Assembly (NCBI GenBank): GCA_017610325.1
Contig: JAFCCF010000001.1
Span: 12,950 to 76,949 of the forward strand
Origin: Candidatus Aminicenantes bacterium
GTDB taxonomy: Archaea > Nanobdellota > Nanobdellia > Woesearchaeales > JAFCCF01
Direction: 5' to 3'
Length of the DNA stretch: 64,000 nt
Below are positions 1-10,160 of the stretch, piece by piece (position 1 is the stretch's first letter; the number at the start of each line of letters is the position of its first letter). The notes beneath the pieces were generated by a model, which was not told where the DNA came from, did not search any database, and saw only the letters and a list, made by a program, of their open reading frames with translations. Made by a program: the position numbers and the translations under genes.

Positions 1-363
1 GGAAGGCCAAGAGAGTATGGGGGTGAGATATATATTGTGCCCGAGATTGTCAAAAAGGTAAGTAATCTGGCGTGGATAGAAGTTAGGAAGCATGAGCTTG
101 GAGCGTTCAAGGCTGGACCTGCGCAGATGCGTGCGCCTGAACAACAGTCAGAAGAGCAGGTAGTTGAAAAAGTTGTTAGTGGGAAGAGTGAAACTGAACA
201 GATTTATGAACTTATAAAAACACTTGACTTGGGCAATGGTGCTGACCATGAAACTATTGCGGTCAAATCAGGCATTGTAAATCCCGATAAGGTTATCAGC
301 GCCCTTCTGGAACAGGGAGAGATATTTGAGACAAAGCCGGGAAGGCTTAAGGTCTTAGAATAG
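1..363 (+). CDS. partial CDS, C-terminal fragment of an upstream gene; hypothetical protein
   Basis: The reading frame is open from base 1 with no in-frame stop before the listed GTG at 37, so the gene begins upstream of the window. Product is acidic and helical; no family recognised. Confidence 0.4.
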   Translation, partial: GRPREYGGEIYIVPEIVKKVSNLAWIEVRKHELGAFKAGPAQMRAPEQQSEEQVVEKVVSGKSETEQIYELIKTLDLGNGADHETIAVKSGIVNPDKVISALLEQGEIFETKPGRLKVLE

Positions 364-382
364 TTCTCTTTGTAGCTGTTAT

Positions 383-844
383 TTGAATGTTTTTCTAAAC
401 GAAGGATTTAAATACCCAACAGAGATTCCCCACCCCATGGATTATGGAAAATTACTTGAAAAAGCAAGGAAGTCGCTGCCTGATGCTGTGCACAGCGCCG
501 AAAGGTTTGAGATACCAAAAGTGATGGGGCATATCCAGGGCAATCGAACTATACTGAGCAATTTTCATCAAATAGCTAATGTTCTGCGCCGCCCACCTGA
601 ACATCTTCTCAAGTATGTGCTCAAACAGCTGGCAACGCCGGGGGAGCTGAAAAGGATGGCTGTAATAATTGGTTCTAAGATGGGCGCGTCAAGGATTAAT
701 GAGGTAATTAGGCAGTATGCAAAGGAGTTTGTTATATGTATTGAATGTGGCAAGCCTGATACTAAGATTGAAAAAGAGGGTAATGTGACCTTTCTCAGGT
801 GCCTTGCATGCGGTGCCCGCAACCCAGTTAGGGCAAAGATATGA
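383..844 (+). CDS. eif2b: translation initiation factor 2 beta subunit (aIF2-beta)
   Basis: 153 aa with the conserved aIF2-beta core and a C-terminal C4 zinc ribbon (CIECGKPDT...CLACGA). Confidence 0.9.
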   Translation: MNVFLNEGFKYPTEIPHPMDYGKLLEKARKSLPDAVHSAERFEIPKVMGHIQGNRTILSNFHQIANVLRRPPEHLLKYVLKQLATPGELKRMAVIIGSKMGASRINEVIRQYAKEFVICIECGKPDTKIEKEGNVTFLRCLACGARNPVRAKI

Positions 845-1137
845 CGATGATTGTTAAGATGCATAAGACGTCAGATAAGAAGCTTGTTCTTGCAGTCTGT
901 GACGGCGACTTGGTAGGTAAGAAGTTTGAGGAAGGAAACAGGGTGCTGGATTTAACTGGGGGATTCTATAAAGGGGATGAGAAATCTGAAGAGGATGTTA
1001 TTAACCTCCTTAAGAAAGCTTATATTGCTAACCTTGTTGGTGAGAACTCTGTCAAGCTTGCTATTAAGGCCGGTTTTGTCAATAAGGATAGTGTCATAGA
1101 AGTCAAGGGGATCCCCCATGCACAAGTGCTGATGTAG
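841..1137 (+). CDS. small conserved archaeal protein (DUF424-like), translationally coupled to aIF2-beta
   Basis: 98 aa. Start overlaps the aIF2-beta stop by 4 nt (ATGA). From memory, small proteins of this type often sit beside aIF2-beta in archaea. Confidence 0.4.
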   Translation: MTMIVKMHKTSDKKLVLAVCDGDLVGKKFEEGNRVLDLTGGFYKGDEKSEEDVINLLKKAYIANLVGENSVKLAIKAGFVNKDSVIEVKGIPHAQVLM

Positions 1138-1139
1138 GG

Positions 1140-4100
1140 TTAAAACCAGGCACCAAGGCCAACTTGTTTCTCTTTTTGTTTTCCGAAAACCCCTTCAATC
1201 CTCTGTTTTGTGAGAAGGAGAGTTTGCTTTAGGTATGTAGGTACATCATATTTGTCTGCAAGGCTGAGACTTGGCTCAAGATATTTGACGATGGAGCCTT
1301 CGGAGATGGTAAATATTATCTTCCCGCCGCACCTTGTACACTTTCCAATAAGGGGTGGTCTTCTATATTTCTCATTGCACTTCACGCAGCGGAACTGTTG
1401 CTGTGAGAACTTTCTTAGATTTCCCTTAATATCCCTTAAAAAGTGTTTTTCTATTACAAGCCTCGCAACATCACTTTCGTCAACCGAAATTAGCCTCTCT
1501 GCTATCTGCATCTGGCCTGTCAGCTTTTCCCGCATGCTTGGTAGAATTTTATAGGCTGAGCATTGAACACCATTATTAAAATTTTCAGTGTTGTGGGTAA
1601 ATCCCATCTTCTCATACTGTTTTTCTGTGCCTAATCTGTTGCCAAGTTGTTCGATTTTAATATCCCATGGAAATTTGAATTCTTGGGCTGCCTCGTAAAA
1701 TTCAAGTGAATATTTCCATGCAACGTCCAGGCCGTGAACCATGTCGTCTACCTCCGCAGGTATTAATTTTGTAGTAAGGACCAGTGGACTGTCCATTGTC
1801 CTACTGCCGCGCTTGTCTGGCAGGTATTTACGTGAGAAGTTAATAAATGCGTCCATTAACAACATGACGCAACACTCATCCCCATCACAATCCCTCCTAA
1901 GTGCTGCATGCCACAGTGGGTGTGCAAAGCACCCCTGGGTCTTGGAAAACCCAATTATTCTTCCAATCATCCCCGCTGAGATATGTGGTGCAAGTCCAAT
2001 CATCAGGTGACCTATAAGGTCTCCTTGTTTCCCGAGATTATAATATTTTGGAAGGTTGTATAATTTTTGCAGCATCTCGTCAATGAATTTGGATACTTTA
2101 AAGAGGACTTGGCCTGCGGATTCTTCTGCCGGGTTTTCATATCCAGGTAGTATAACATCCTGCGGCTTCAGCTCAAGTATCTGTTCTGTGTTGGACAATC
2201 CCACGCCATTGATGTCCTTAACATAACCAAGCTCTTTTAACTGCCCAATTGTTGTTCCAATCTCTACTGGTTTAAAATGGGTAATTGGCAACTCAGTCAT
2301 GTCGTACCTAGTGGTTCCGTCTTTGTTAACGTAAATCTCGTTGCTTGCCCTGAGAATCCCCTTGGCAAGGTTTTCAGGCACGTGGTCTTTGTTGCTTGTT
2401 CCCCTAACCCCCTTTATTAGGTCCGGGTATACCTTTGCTTTAATTTTATTAAGCGCATTATCAAAATAGTGCTTGATGTCGATTTCCTTCTTCCTGAACT
2501 GCTGGTTTGGCCCATGCTTTGGACAGGTTTCTGAATCTGTAACACCGCAGTCCCTACAATAGTATTGTTTTTTTGTCTTTTTATCGCATACCTCGCAAAT
2601 CGGGTATATGGTTTCGCGGTTACACTTACTACAATGAAATATTGGGAAATCTCCAGTTATCCTGCCCCGTTCAATCGCAGATTGGAATGACCTTAGTCTA
2701 CCCCCTTCCTCCCCCACTGGAAATAGAATTTGTGGCTGCCCGTCTAATTTTCTCAGTTTGGCTTTCTCAGGCCTGCCCATTCTCGCTCCGATGAATGTAC
2801 CGGATTTATCTCTAATCTTAATTGTAGATATTTGATTCAGGATTTCAAGGGTTGGTTTGTCCTGTTCGCAAAGCTCCTTAATCTTCTCCAGATTAATGTT
2901 TTGTAATAAATATGTAAATAGCGCCAGTGCGTGGTCTCCCTTAATTTCAATGCGGTTGTCTTCATTGATTGTGTGGGGTATGCCTGTTTGTTCCAGTGCA
3001 GTTTTGGTTGGGTTTTCATTCACTATATTAATTTTTGCCGCACCCAAATCTTTTTTTATTACTATTGCTTTATCCAGTGCCACACATAGGTGCAAGAATT
3101 GTTTGGCATTTATGGCGCTCCAGAAAGGGGTATATTCTGGGTGCAAAGGTATGTTAAGCTTCAGGCTCAGGTTGATGGCTGCCCTGGCAGTTAGTTTTAT
3201 CTTTCGTGGGTATTTTAGAATCTTCTCTATATTCTCTTTTGATACTTTTATTAAATCTGATAGTTTGTCTGGGTCAAGTGCCCCAAACAGATTTACTGTT
3301 GCCTTTTCAAGTTCAAGTGCCCACCATTCCTCACAATACCCACACGGCACTAGGCGGTGGCCGTTTTCAGAAAAATCACCGTAACTAACCAGGAGATCGC
3401 CCAAGAATAACACCTTGTCTATTTGATTTAGTATCTGTTTTGTGCTTTCTTCTGTTTTGAGTCTTAGAACGGTGCCGTTTGTGAGTTTAACAATCGGTCC
3501 CTCAATCTCATCACAAGTCGTGATGGCTGTTGCTTTTCCAGGGCGCTCGACCTTTAGTTGTGTGCCAATTGCTATATAATTGTTGAGAACGTATGTTGTC
3601 GCGGGGTTGATTGATGCACTTGAGTAACCAGATACCCTACCTCGCCCGTACCTTAATCTAAAACCACCCTGCCTCATAGGGTGGGATAGTATTGGTCTGC
3701 CAGCCACAAGGTCTGCCAGATATGTATAATTTGGTGTTATCTTTTTTTCTGTCCCCCCTGCCTTATCTGCTGCTTTTTTCCTTTTTTGTATCTCTAATAA
3801 TTCTTTTAAAAAACCCCATTCAAGGTCAAACTCCCCTTTAAACTTTGACATCTTTTTCCATATTTTTGGTGCTTTCTGGGCCAGGCCTTCCGCCATTACA
3901 AGGCACATGCCACCCCTAACCCTGTTTGTTTCAACACGTTCAAGGTCCTTGTAGTTGCTAACTTCAATTGTCTCGGTCGGGTCGCCATTTATTTCCACGG
4001 GGATGTTCTTTGCCAAAAATGCCACTTCTTCTTCGCTTGGGTAGTATTGAAGGTTGGTTACCCGTTCATGATAATCCCGGATCTCTGTGCAATACCTCTT

Positions 4101-4673
4101 TACTTCTTTGTCTGAGGGGTCGTATCTTGCATAGCCGAACTTCCGCCTTATATAATCTGTAATTAATACAGAGAATGCTGCAGCTGTGCCGCCTGCGCCC
4201 CTTATTGGTCCAGCATAGAAACAAGATAGATATTCTTTACCGTCCACCCTTTTTTTAATCTTTAATTCTATAAACCCTTCAATGGGTGCTGCAACAATTC
4301 CACTTGTGCTGTAAGCCATACCCACCCTGATTCCTACTTCCATGGCCTTCTTTTTATCCTCGAACCTGCAGAATTGTTCATTCGCCACTTCCCCGGCGAT
4401 TTTAAGGGCAACCTCCCATGCCTGGGTCCCGTATTCTTTCTCGAGCTCATGTACGCGTTTGATAACCTTGGTGTCTGTCAGTTCGGGGGCGACTGTTGAA
4501 ATCAAGCCAAGCACCCGTTCTGCCATATTCTTAGCAAGGATTATGCCAACTTCAGGCTCCGGGTCAATGTTTTTCTTTCTTGCAGCTGTTGCTACTTTGT
4601 GAGCCTTTGATACCTCTTTCTCAATCTCCTTGAAGTACTTGTCCATTTCCCGGCTTTCTTCTGGCACGTTCAA
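1140..4673 (-). CDS. polC: DNA polymerase II (PolD) large subunit DP2
   Basis: 1177 aa. N-terminus typical of DP2, internal Cys clusters (CSKCNRE...CEVCDKK...CRDCG), and a long conserved C-terminal catalytic region. No intein. Confidence 0.95.
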   Translation of the reverse strand: MNVPEESREMDKYFKEIEKEVSKAHKVATAARKKNIDPEPEVGIILAKNMAERVLGLISTVAPELTDTKVIKRVHELEKEYGTQAWEVALKIAGEVANEQFCRFEDKKKAMEVGIRVGMAYSTSGIVAAPIEGFIELKIKKRVDGKEYLSCFYAGPIRGAGGTAAAFSVLITDYIRRKFGYARYDPSDKEVKRYCTEIRDYHERVTNLQYYPSEEEVAFLAKNIPVEINGDPTETIEVSNYKDLERVETNRVRGGMCLVMAEGLAQKAPKIWKKMSKFKGEFDLEWGFLKELLEIQKRKKAADKAGGTEKKITPNYTYLADLVAGRPILSHPMRQGGFRLRYGRGRVSGYSSASINPATTYVLNNYIAIGTQLKVERPGKATAITTCDEIEGPIVKLTNGTVLRLKTEESTKQILNQIDKVLFLGDLLVSYGDFSENGHRLVPCGYCEEWWALELEKATVNLFGALDPDKLSDLIKVSKENIEKILKYPRKIKLTARAAINLSLKLNIPLHPEYTPFWSAINAKQFLHLCVALDKAIVIKKDLGAAKINIVNENPTKTALEQTGIPHTINEDNRIEIKGDHALALFTYLLQNINLEKIKELCEQDKPTLEILNQISTIKIRDKSGTFIGARMGRPEKAKLRKLDGQPQILFPVGEEGGRLRSFQSAIERGRITGDFPIFHCSKCNRETIYPICEVCDKKTKKQYYCRDCGVTDSETCPKHGPNQQFRKKEIDIKHYFDNALNKIKAKVYPDLIKGVRGTSNKDHVPENLAKGILRASNEIYVNKDGTTRYDMTELPITHFKPVEIGTTIGQLKELGYVKDINGVGLSNTEQILELKPQDVILPGYENPAEESAGQVLFKVSKFIDEMLQKLYNLPKYYNLGKQGDLIGHLMIGLAPHISAGMIGRIIGFSKTQGCFAHPLWHAALRRDCDGDECCVMLLMDAFINFSRKYLPDKRGSRTMDSPLVLTTKLIPAEVDDMVHGLDVAWKYSLEFYEAAQEFKFPWDIKIEQLGNRLGTEKQYEKMGFTHNTENFNNGVQCSAYKILPSMREKLTGQMQIAERLISVDESDVARLVIEKHFLRDIKGNLRKFSQQQFRCVKCNEKYRRPPLIGKCTRCGGKIIFTISEGSIVKYLEPSLSLADKYDVPTYLKQTLLLTKQRIEGVFGKQKEKQVGLGAWF

Positions 4674-6256
4674 AACCTCATTATTTTAACTGCCCTGGTC
4701 TTTAGATTCACAACCACCGCCCTAGCTGGCTGTGGTACCAGGCCCATCTTTTCCTGGTAATCTGTTGTGGTGATCCAAGATGATGCATTAATTAGTGTAA
4801 TATTCTTGTAATTGCTTGCGCTTGCGCGATGTATGTGCCCAGTTACAAATAAATCTGGGACCTTGGTGATAATCAAGGGGTCGTAATTGGGTTCTGGTAT
4901 GTAAAGTGAAGATGTCTGGGTTGGGGCCAAGTGCCTCTTTTTCATTAATGCCCCCATTATTAGGTCTACTCTTTCAAGCCCGCCCTTGGAACGTATGCTC
5001 TCAATGGCGTCTGCGTAGTAAGGAAAGCTAAATCCGTGGTATAACAAAATATCAAAGCCAGAAAACCCCTCCTTGGCTCCGATATTCACATAACCTGGGT
5101 TGCTCAAAAGGATTGTGTTGGGGAGTTCCCAAATTGCCTTTGCAAAGTCCTTATCAAGCGGCGGCTGGGGTTCTGAGATACGCATTGCGTCGTGGTTTCC
5201 AGGGCATATAATCATATTAATTCTCTCTGGAACCTGTTTAAGGTACTCTGCAATTCCGTTGTACTGTTCGTATATGTCCGGGACGACAAGATCATTTTCT
5301 TGGTTGGGGTATATCCCAACACCGTCAACAAGATCCCCTAGGACAAAAAGGTATTTCACTTTCTCAGCCATTGTTTTCTGGGTCTTGTTTCCATAGTTAC
5401 TGTTGATCCATTTTATGAAATTCTCAAACCTGTCCTTTAGAAAGTGTTTTGATCCAAAATGGGTGTCCCCAATGAAAACCGCGTATTCTTCCTCGGGCCC
5501 TTTTTTAATCTCTGGGTTATAGGGAACCTCGGGCCAAATGATTTTATTCGCAAACACTATTCGGTCCCCACAACCCCCCACAACCCCTATAACCTCATCA
5601 CGAACTATGTCCCTTGCCTCCTTGTAAAGGTCTGCCTTGTTTTTGTTAACCAAAACCCTTATTTCGCCCGTGGGGTCCTCTAGTGTAATCACAAGATTGT
5701 TGTTCTTTGTTATTTTCAGGTCTTTTACTATCCCAATTAGCGTCACAGTTTCTCTAAGCTTCTTGTTTAATATCCTGACTATAGAGGTTGCCCCGCTTAG
5801 GTCCTCTCTTCCGCTCAAGAGCCTTTCAAGGAACTTGTACCTCTTATTAAACATTGATACAAAATCTTGTACAGTCCTCTTGCCTGACTCTTCCTTATAA
5901 GAAAAAGTTATCTTTACGTCCCCCTTATCTCCGGTTTCTGCCTCTTGTTCGCTCAGCTTGTCCTTTAAGTACCCCATGAAGCGGTGGTACGTGTCCTTGT
6001 GCTTTTCCTTTTCATAGAGGGCCTTTGATTTATCAAATTCAGTCCAATCAAAGTCCGGGTCAGAGGCGCTTAGGACGCTTTTAATCTCTTTTCCAACGAT
6101 GGTGATGTTCTTATCTTTTGTGTTGTCTAGTATATCTTTAAACTCCCCATCGACGCCTATCTCGGTCAATAGGTCTGGTGATATTAATACGTTGTTGTTC
6201 AGGAAGCTTTCCACAATTTCCTTCTTCCTGTGCAGCTGCTCTTCATCTGTTATCAT
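4670..6256 (-). CDS. polB: DNA polymerase II (PolD) small subunit DP1 (calcineurin-like phosphoesterase 3'-5' exonuclease)
   Basis: 528 aa with phosphoesterase motifs (GDTHFGS, GNHDA). Overlaps the DP2 start by 4 nt, so the two form an operon. Confidence 0.9.
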   Translation of the reverse strand: MITDEEQLHRKKEIVESFLNNNVLISPDLLTEIGVDGEFKDILDNTKDKNITIVGKEIKSVLSASDPDFDWTEFDKSKALYEKEKHKDTYHRFMGYLKDKLSEQEAETGDKGDVKITFSYKEESGKRTVQDFVSMFNKRYKFLERLLSGREDLSGATSIVRILNKKLRETVTLIGIVKDLKITKNNNLVITLEDPTGEIRVLVNKNKADLYKEARDIVRDEVIGVVGGCGDRIVFANKIIWPEVPYNPEIKKGPEEEYAVFIGDTHFGSKHFLKDRFENFIKWINSNYGNKTQKTMAEKVKYLFVLGDLVDGVGIYPNQENDLVVPDIYEQYNGIAEYLKQVPERINMIICPGNHDAMRISEPQPPLDKDFAKAIWELPNTILLSNPGYVNIGAKEGFSGFDILLYHGFSFPYYADAIESIRSKGGLERVDLIMGALMKKRHLAPTQTSSLYIPEPNYDPLIITKVPDLFVTGHIHRASASNYKNITLINASSWITTTDYQEKMGLVPQPARAVVVNLKTRAVKIMRF

Positions 6257-7461
6257 AGGCCCAGGTTCTCCTTTAAGGTTTTCTTGACTTTCGGAATTAA
6301 TTGTGTTGGAATAAGCAGGTTTACCTCTTTTGTCCTGCCATAACGGCCTTTTGAAACAACGTGGGTATTGATAATCCCAGAAATATCAAACTCAAGTATT
6401 ATGTCCGATACCCTCCTTTGTGTCAGTGGCCTGATTGCTGTCTTTGTACACAGCTCTTTATAAAAGTTGTAGATGCCCCCGGTGCAGATGGCCCGGTTGG
6501 TTTTGTTTGGTGTTTTTAGTATTGAGTAAAGCACAGCGTGGTATTGTTTTGGTTGGGCCATGATAACTTCCATTATTTTGTCTCTCTCAATCTTTTCTAG
6601 TGCTTTGTCTAAATGCTTTATTCTTAGTTTTGGCGCAGTCTCGCGTTCTGCCAGCTCGCCAGCCACCCTAAGCAATTCAAGGGCTCTCCTTGCATCGCCG
6701 TGCCCCCTAGCAGCGTATGCTGCACATTTCTCTATAACTCCTTGGCCCATACATTCTTTTCTAAATGCGAGCTTGGCACGGTTCTTTAAAATGTGCTGGA
6801 GCTGGATTGCGTTATATGGTGCAAACATTATCTCTTCTTCGGAGAGTGAGCTTTTGATTCTTGGATCTAGATTGTCTATGAAAGAAATTTCATTAGATAT
6901 TCCAATTATTGATACATTGGACTGTTCCAATTCGCTGTTTATCCTAGTAAGGTTGTACAGGACTTCATCTCCTGTTTTTTTAACAAGCTGGTCTATCTCA
7001 TCGAGGATTAATATTACCTGTTGTTTTGTTGAATCTATTGAGTTGAAAAACAATCTGTATATTTCCTCTGTTGGTAAGCCGGTTGGGGGGATCTCCTTTC
7101 CAAGTTCGCGGCATAGGTGAGCTAAAAGCCGGTATTCCGTGTCTGCTACCTTTTTTAATTTGCAGTTCACATAGAATATTTGCACAGGTATCTTCTTATT
7201 CTTTGAGACGTTCTTAATCTGTGAGGTAACATAATGAGTACAAAGGGTCTTGCCTGTGCCAGTCTTGCCGTAAATAAATAAGTTAGATGGCTGTTCAAGC
7301 CTAAGGGCCGGAGCAAGTGCGCTAGCCACCTGGTTGATCTCGCCATCCCGGTGTAATATGGCCTCAGGTGTATATGGTGACTGTAACACCTCCCTATTAA
7401 CAAAGAATGGCTTTTTATTAAGGTATTTTTCAAAATAGTTTTCTAGACCCTTTTTTTGCAT
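6253..7461 (-). CDS. orc1: Orc1/Cdc6 replication initiator (AAA+ plus C-terminal winged helix)
   Basis: 402 aa. Walker A GKTGTGKT, AAA+ sensor regions, C-terminal WH. Overlaps the DP1 start by 4 nt. Confidence 0.9.
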   Translation of the reverse strand: MQKKGLENYFEKYLNKKPFFVNREVLQSPYTPEAILHRDGEINQVASALAPALRLEQPSNLFIYGKTGTGKTLCTHYVTSQIKNVSKNKKIPVQIFYVNCKLKKVADTEYRLLAHLCRELGKEIPPTGLPTEEIYRLFFNSIDSTKQQVILILDEIDQLVKKTGDEVLYNLTRINSELEQSNVSIIGISNEISFIDNLDPRIKSSLSEEEIMFAPYNAIQLQHILKNRAKLAFRKECMGQGVIEKCAAYAARGHGDARRALELLRVAGELAERETAPKLRIKHLDKALEKIERDKIMEVIMAQPKQYHAVLYSILKTPNKTNRAICTGGIYNFYKELCTKTAIRPLTQRRVSDIILEFDISGIINTHVVSKGRYGRTKEVNLLIPTQLIPKVKKTLKENLGL

Positions 7462-7967
7462 GTTGGTTCAAAAAGAATGGTTGATATTTAAAGTTTTAGG
7501 TTATTGAGTACCACACACACCCTTGTTTCTTATGGAGGGGGTTTGGTGTGTTATGGGTGTGGTGCCATTTGTATACTTTAAAATGGGCATTGGGTTGTAT
7601 GTAACATGTTGTATGTTTCTTAATATATATAATTAATAATTGTTTGTTGTCGACTATTATTATATATTATATATTTACTTTCAATATAGATAATAAATAA
7701 TAGATAAGGGTGTTTTTTGAGTCGATGTTTTATTATATATATTACAACATAGATATACGACAACATACCAAGATACACAAACAATCTCTACCCGAAATAT
7801 TTTTCCAGTGGAAATAGGGGTCTCACAGACCAAGCAACCAATAACATGTTGATTAGACCAGTACTTTTGTTATTAGTCACTAATAAAAACAAAACTATTT
7901 ATACTATAAGTTTTTAAAACACCCTATAATAAATATAAGAATATATCTTAAAAAGGAGGTTATCTAA
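7462..7967. promoter_or_regulatory. candidate replication origin (oriC) and orc1 promoter region: AT-rich, ORB-like element, inverted repeats
   Basis: 506-bp non-coding, very AT-rich region directly upstream of orc1. It contains TCCAGTGGAAA followed by a GGGG string at 7804-7820, matching the archaeal origin recognition box core. There is a CA/GT-rich inverted repeat at 7510-7522 / 7543-7566 and poly-AT tracts at 7600-7760 that could serve as a DUE. Confidence 0.5.
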
Positions 7968-8195
7968 ATGGTACAAGACCCGTACGTCGCCGTAACATTA
8001 GCAATCATTATTGGAACATTAGCAGCTGTCGTCTACAGCTTAAGAATATTAGTTCTATTGGAAAGGCGAATCGCCAGAATCGATATAAACATTGAAAAAA
8101 TGACCCAGAGGGTAGCTCGGGAAGAGTTAAAGATAGAGAAAGAAGAGCTGAAGATAGAAAATATTTTGGGCAAGAGAAAAAAGAAAAAGAAATAA
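7968..8195 (+). CDS. small membrane protein with Lys-rich tail; hypothetical
   Basis: 75 aa. One predicted TM helix (VAVTLAIIIGTLAAVVYSLRILVLL). AGGAGG RBS at 7954-7959. Confidence 0.4.
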   Translation: MVQDPYVAVTLAIIIGTLAAVVYSLRILVLLERRIARIDINIEKMTQRVAREELKIEKEELKIENILGKRKKKKK

Positions 8196-8215
8196 TTTAT
8201 TTTCTTCTCCCTTAT

Positions 8216-9127
8216 ATGAAAATGGATGTTAAAAGTATCTTGCAGAACATTAAAACTGTGAAGATTCAGGGCGCAGAGGCAGTGGCAAAGGCCTCTGTGA
8301 AGGCTGTGAGGGCAGCAATATACAAATCAAAGGCCAACAGCGTCACCCAATTATATCGGGAACTTACAGAATTAAAAAAAACCCTACTTTCCTTAAGGCC
8401 AACAGAACCGTGCCTGGCAAACACACTCAATTTTATTCTGTTTAACCTAAATATTTTAGATATAATACACCTAAGGTCGCACCTTGACCTGAGGCTTCAT
8501 AAAACAGACGAGCATTTTGAGGAAGCGAATAAGATTATTATTAAATATGGGGTCAAAAAAATCAGAAAAGGAACAGTTGTTTTCACACATTGCCATTCAT
8601 CTACTGTAACAAACATACTTATTGCTGCTAAAAAACAGGGCAAGAAATTTTCCGTTAATAATACAGAAACAAGGCCCCTTCTCCAGGGTAGGATAACTGC
8701 CCGGCAGCTTGCTGGAGCAGGCATCCAAGTAAAACATTATGTTGATAGCGCAACCAGGCTTGCAGTGAGGGGCGCAGACGTGGTGTTATTGGGCGCAGAT
8801 GCAATCACGACAGAGGGCAGAGCGGTTAACAAGATTGGTTCAGAGCTAGTTGCCGAGGTAGCAAACCGGTACGATGTTCCAGTTTATATCTGCACAGACG
8901 CGTGGAAGTTTGACCCCAAAACCATTTTTGGGTTTGAAGTGCCAATTGAGAAACGCCCAAAAAACGAAATTTGGAAAAATCCACCGAAAAACATAACTAT
9001 TGTGAACCCCGCATTTGAGATAATAAATCCCGGGCTTATAACAGGCATAATCTCTGAGCTTGGCGTATACAAACCAGGCATGTTTATAGAAGAAGTTTTG
9101 CACCATTACCCTTGGATGCTCAGGTAA
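8216..9127 (+). CDS. eIF-2B alpha/beta/delta family protein (aIF-2B subunit or ribose-1,5-bisphosphate isomerase)
   Basis: 303 aa with family motifs (GADAITTEGRAVNKIGS, VLLGADAI). Confidence 0.8.
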   Translation: MKMDVKSILQNIKTVKIQGAEAVAKASVKAVRAAIYKSKANSVTQLYRELTELKKTLLSLRPTEPCLANTLNFILFNLNILDIIHLRSHLDLRLHKTDEHFEEANKIIIKYGVKKIRKGTVVFTHCHSSTVTNILIAAKKQGKKFSVNNTETRPLLQGRITARQLAGAGIQVKHYVDSATRLAVRGADVVLLGADAITTEGRAVNKIGSELVAEVANRYDVPVYICTDAWKFDPKTIFGFEVPIEKRPKNEIWKNPPKNITIVNPAFEIINPGLITGIISELGVYKPGMFIEEVLHHYPWMLR

Positions 9128-9617
9128 GGTCCTCCAGGTTCTTAATCTGCTGTTCAATATATTTTATCTTTTCAGAATTATCTTCCTGCTCTGCTGCACC
9201 CCCGCACTCAGGACACTTAAACTGGAGGGTTGTGGCAGTCTCAAAATCAAGCCGGGTACAATTATTTATGCACGAGAAAAACTGAGTTTCAGTCTCACGA
9301 ACAAGCGCCTTCCGAAGTTCTGTAAGGTGTTTTGTGTTAAGGTTGTTGAATAGGTGTTCTACCATGTTGGTGTTAAATTTCCAATAATATACATACCACC
9401 CGCTCTTTTTTTCTCGTTTTTTCATAAAATTTACAAGATTGGCCTCATATAACTTATATAAGAGGGTCCGCGTTTCATTCACCTCCTTATCAATCTTTTT
9501 TGCAAGTTCAAACTCAGAAAGCCTGACTCCCCCTTTTAGGAGAGCTACGAGAGGTACAACATCTTCTCCTACTATTTCTTTTACTACAGTATTAACCAAA
9601 TTAACTCGAGTTTTCAA
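9120..9617 (-). CDS. tfe: transcription factor E (TFE, TFIIE-alpha homologue)
   Basis: 165 aa. N-terminal winged helix and C-terminal zinc ribbon (CINNC...CPECGG). Confidence 0.8.
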   Translation of the reverse strand: MKTRVNLVNTVVKEIVGEDVVPLVALLKGGVRLSEFELAKKIDKEVNETRTLLYKLYEANLVNFMKKREKKSGWYVYYWKFNTNMVEHLFNNLNTKHLTELRKALVRETETQFFSCINNCTRLDFETATTLQFKCPECGGAAEQEDNSEKIKYIEQQIKNLEDLT

Positions 9618-9673
9618 ACTTAACCCCCCTATAATTCTAGGATTTAAAGTTTATAAAACTTATGGTTTTGAAA

Positions 9674-10060
9674 TCACTTTATGATCTCGTCAAGCAACAG
9701 CCCCCGTCTTTTGATTGTTTCAAGAGATACAGAAAAACCACCGTCGGTTTTTTTTAGGTCATCTAATGTAATAAATAACCAGTCGTGTTTTACAAATCTA
9801 ACAGCGACCCAAGGCTCAGCGCCAAATGTTCGTGCGAACACTTTTAACTCTTCGATTTCTCTTCCTTCAAAGTATTTGTTACTGGCTCCAGAAACCTTAC
9901 ACTCAATGGCCAACCTCCGCGTCCCGTTTCCAGCAAGTAGGTCTGGACTCGGGTATTTTGAAGAGCCGCTACCAGCGACCCTGATCACTGCCCAGCCTAG
10001 GGCCCAGAATTTGTGGACCAGGTCGCGCTCAGCATTAATCCCCTTTGATTTATGGCTCAT
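9674..10060 (-). CDS. hjc: Holliday junction resolvase Hjc
   Basis: 128 aa. PD-(D/E)xK motifs (GINAERDLV...AIECKV) typical of archaeal Hjc. Confidence 0.85.
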   Translation of the reverse strand: MSHKSKGINAERDLVHKFWALGWAVIRVAGSGSSKYPSPDLLAGNGTRRLAIECKVSGASNKYFEGREIEELKVFARTFGAEPWVAVRFVKHDWLFITLDDLKKTDGGFSVSLETIKRRGLLLDEIIK

Positions 10061-10107
10061 GACAATTTAACAGATTCGCTAGAATATAAAACTTTTCAAA
10101 AACACAA

Positions 10108-10117
10108 GATTTAAATA
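10108..10117 (+). promoter_or_regulatory. possible TATA box/BRE for the histone gene
   Basis: TTTAAATA lies 45-50 nt upstream of the histone ATG. Inferred from sequence only. Confidence 0.25.
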
Positions 10118-10160
10118 TCACACAACGTTCTCGACATTGTAACATAACAGGTGACAAATT

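Noticed and set aside
1210-4602. Multiple 60-175-aa ORFs on the plus strand inside the PolD DP2 gene (1210-1554, 1741-2010, 2573-2794, 2857-3384, 3968-4162, 4342-4602)
   Set aside because: They lie entirely antisense to a long, well-conserved CDS. Their composition is Ser/Leu/Cys-rich and typical of non-coding frames.
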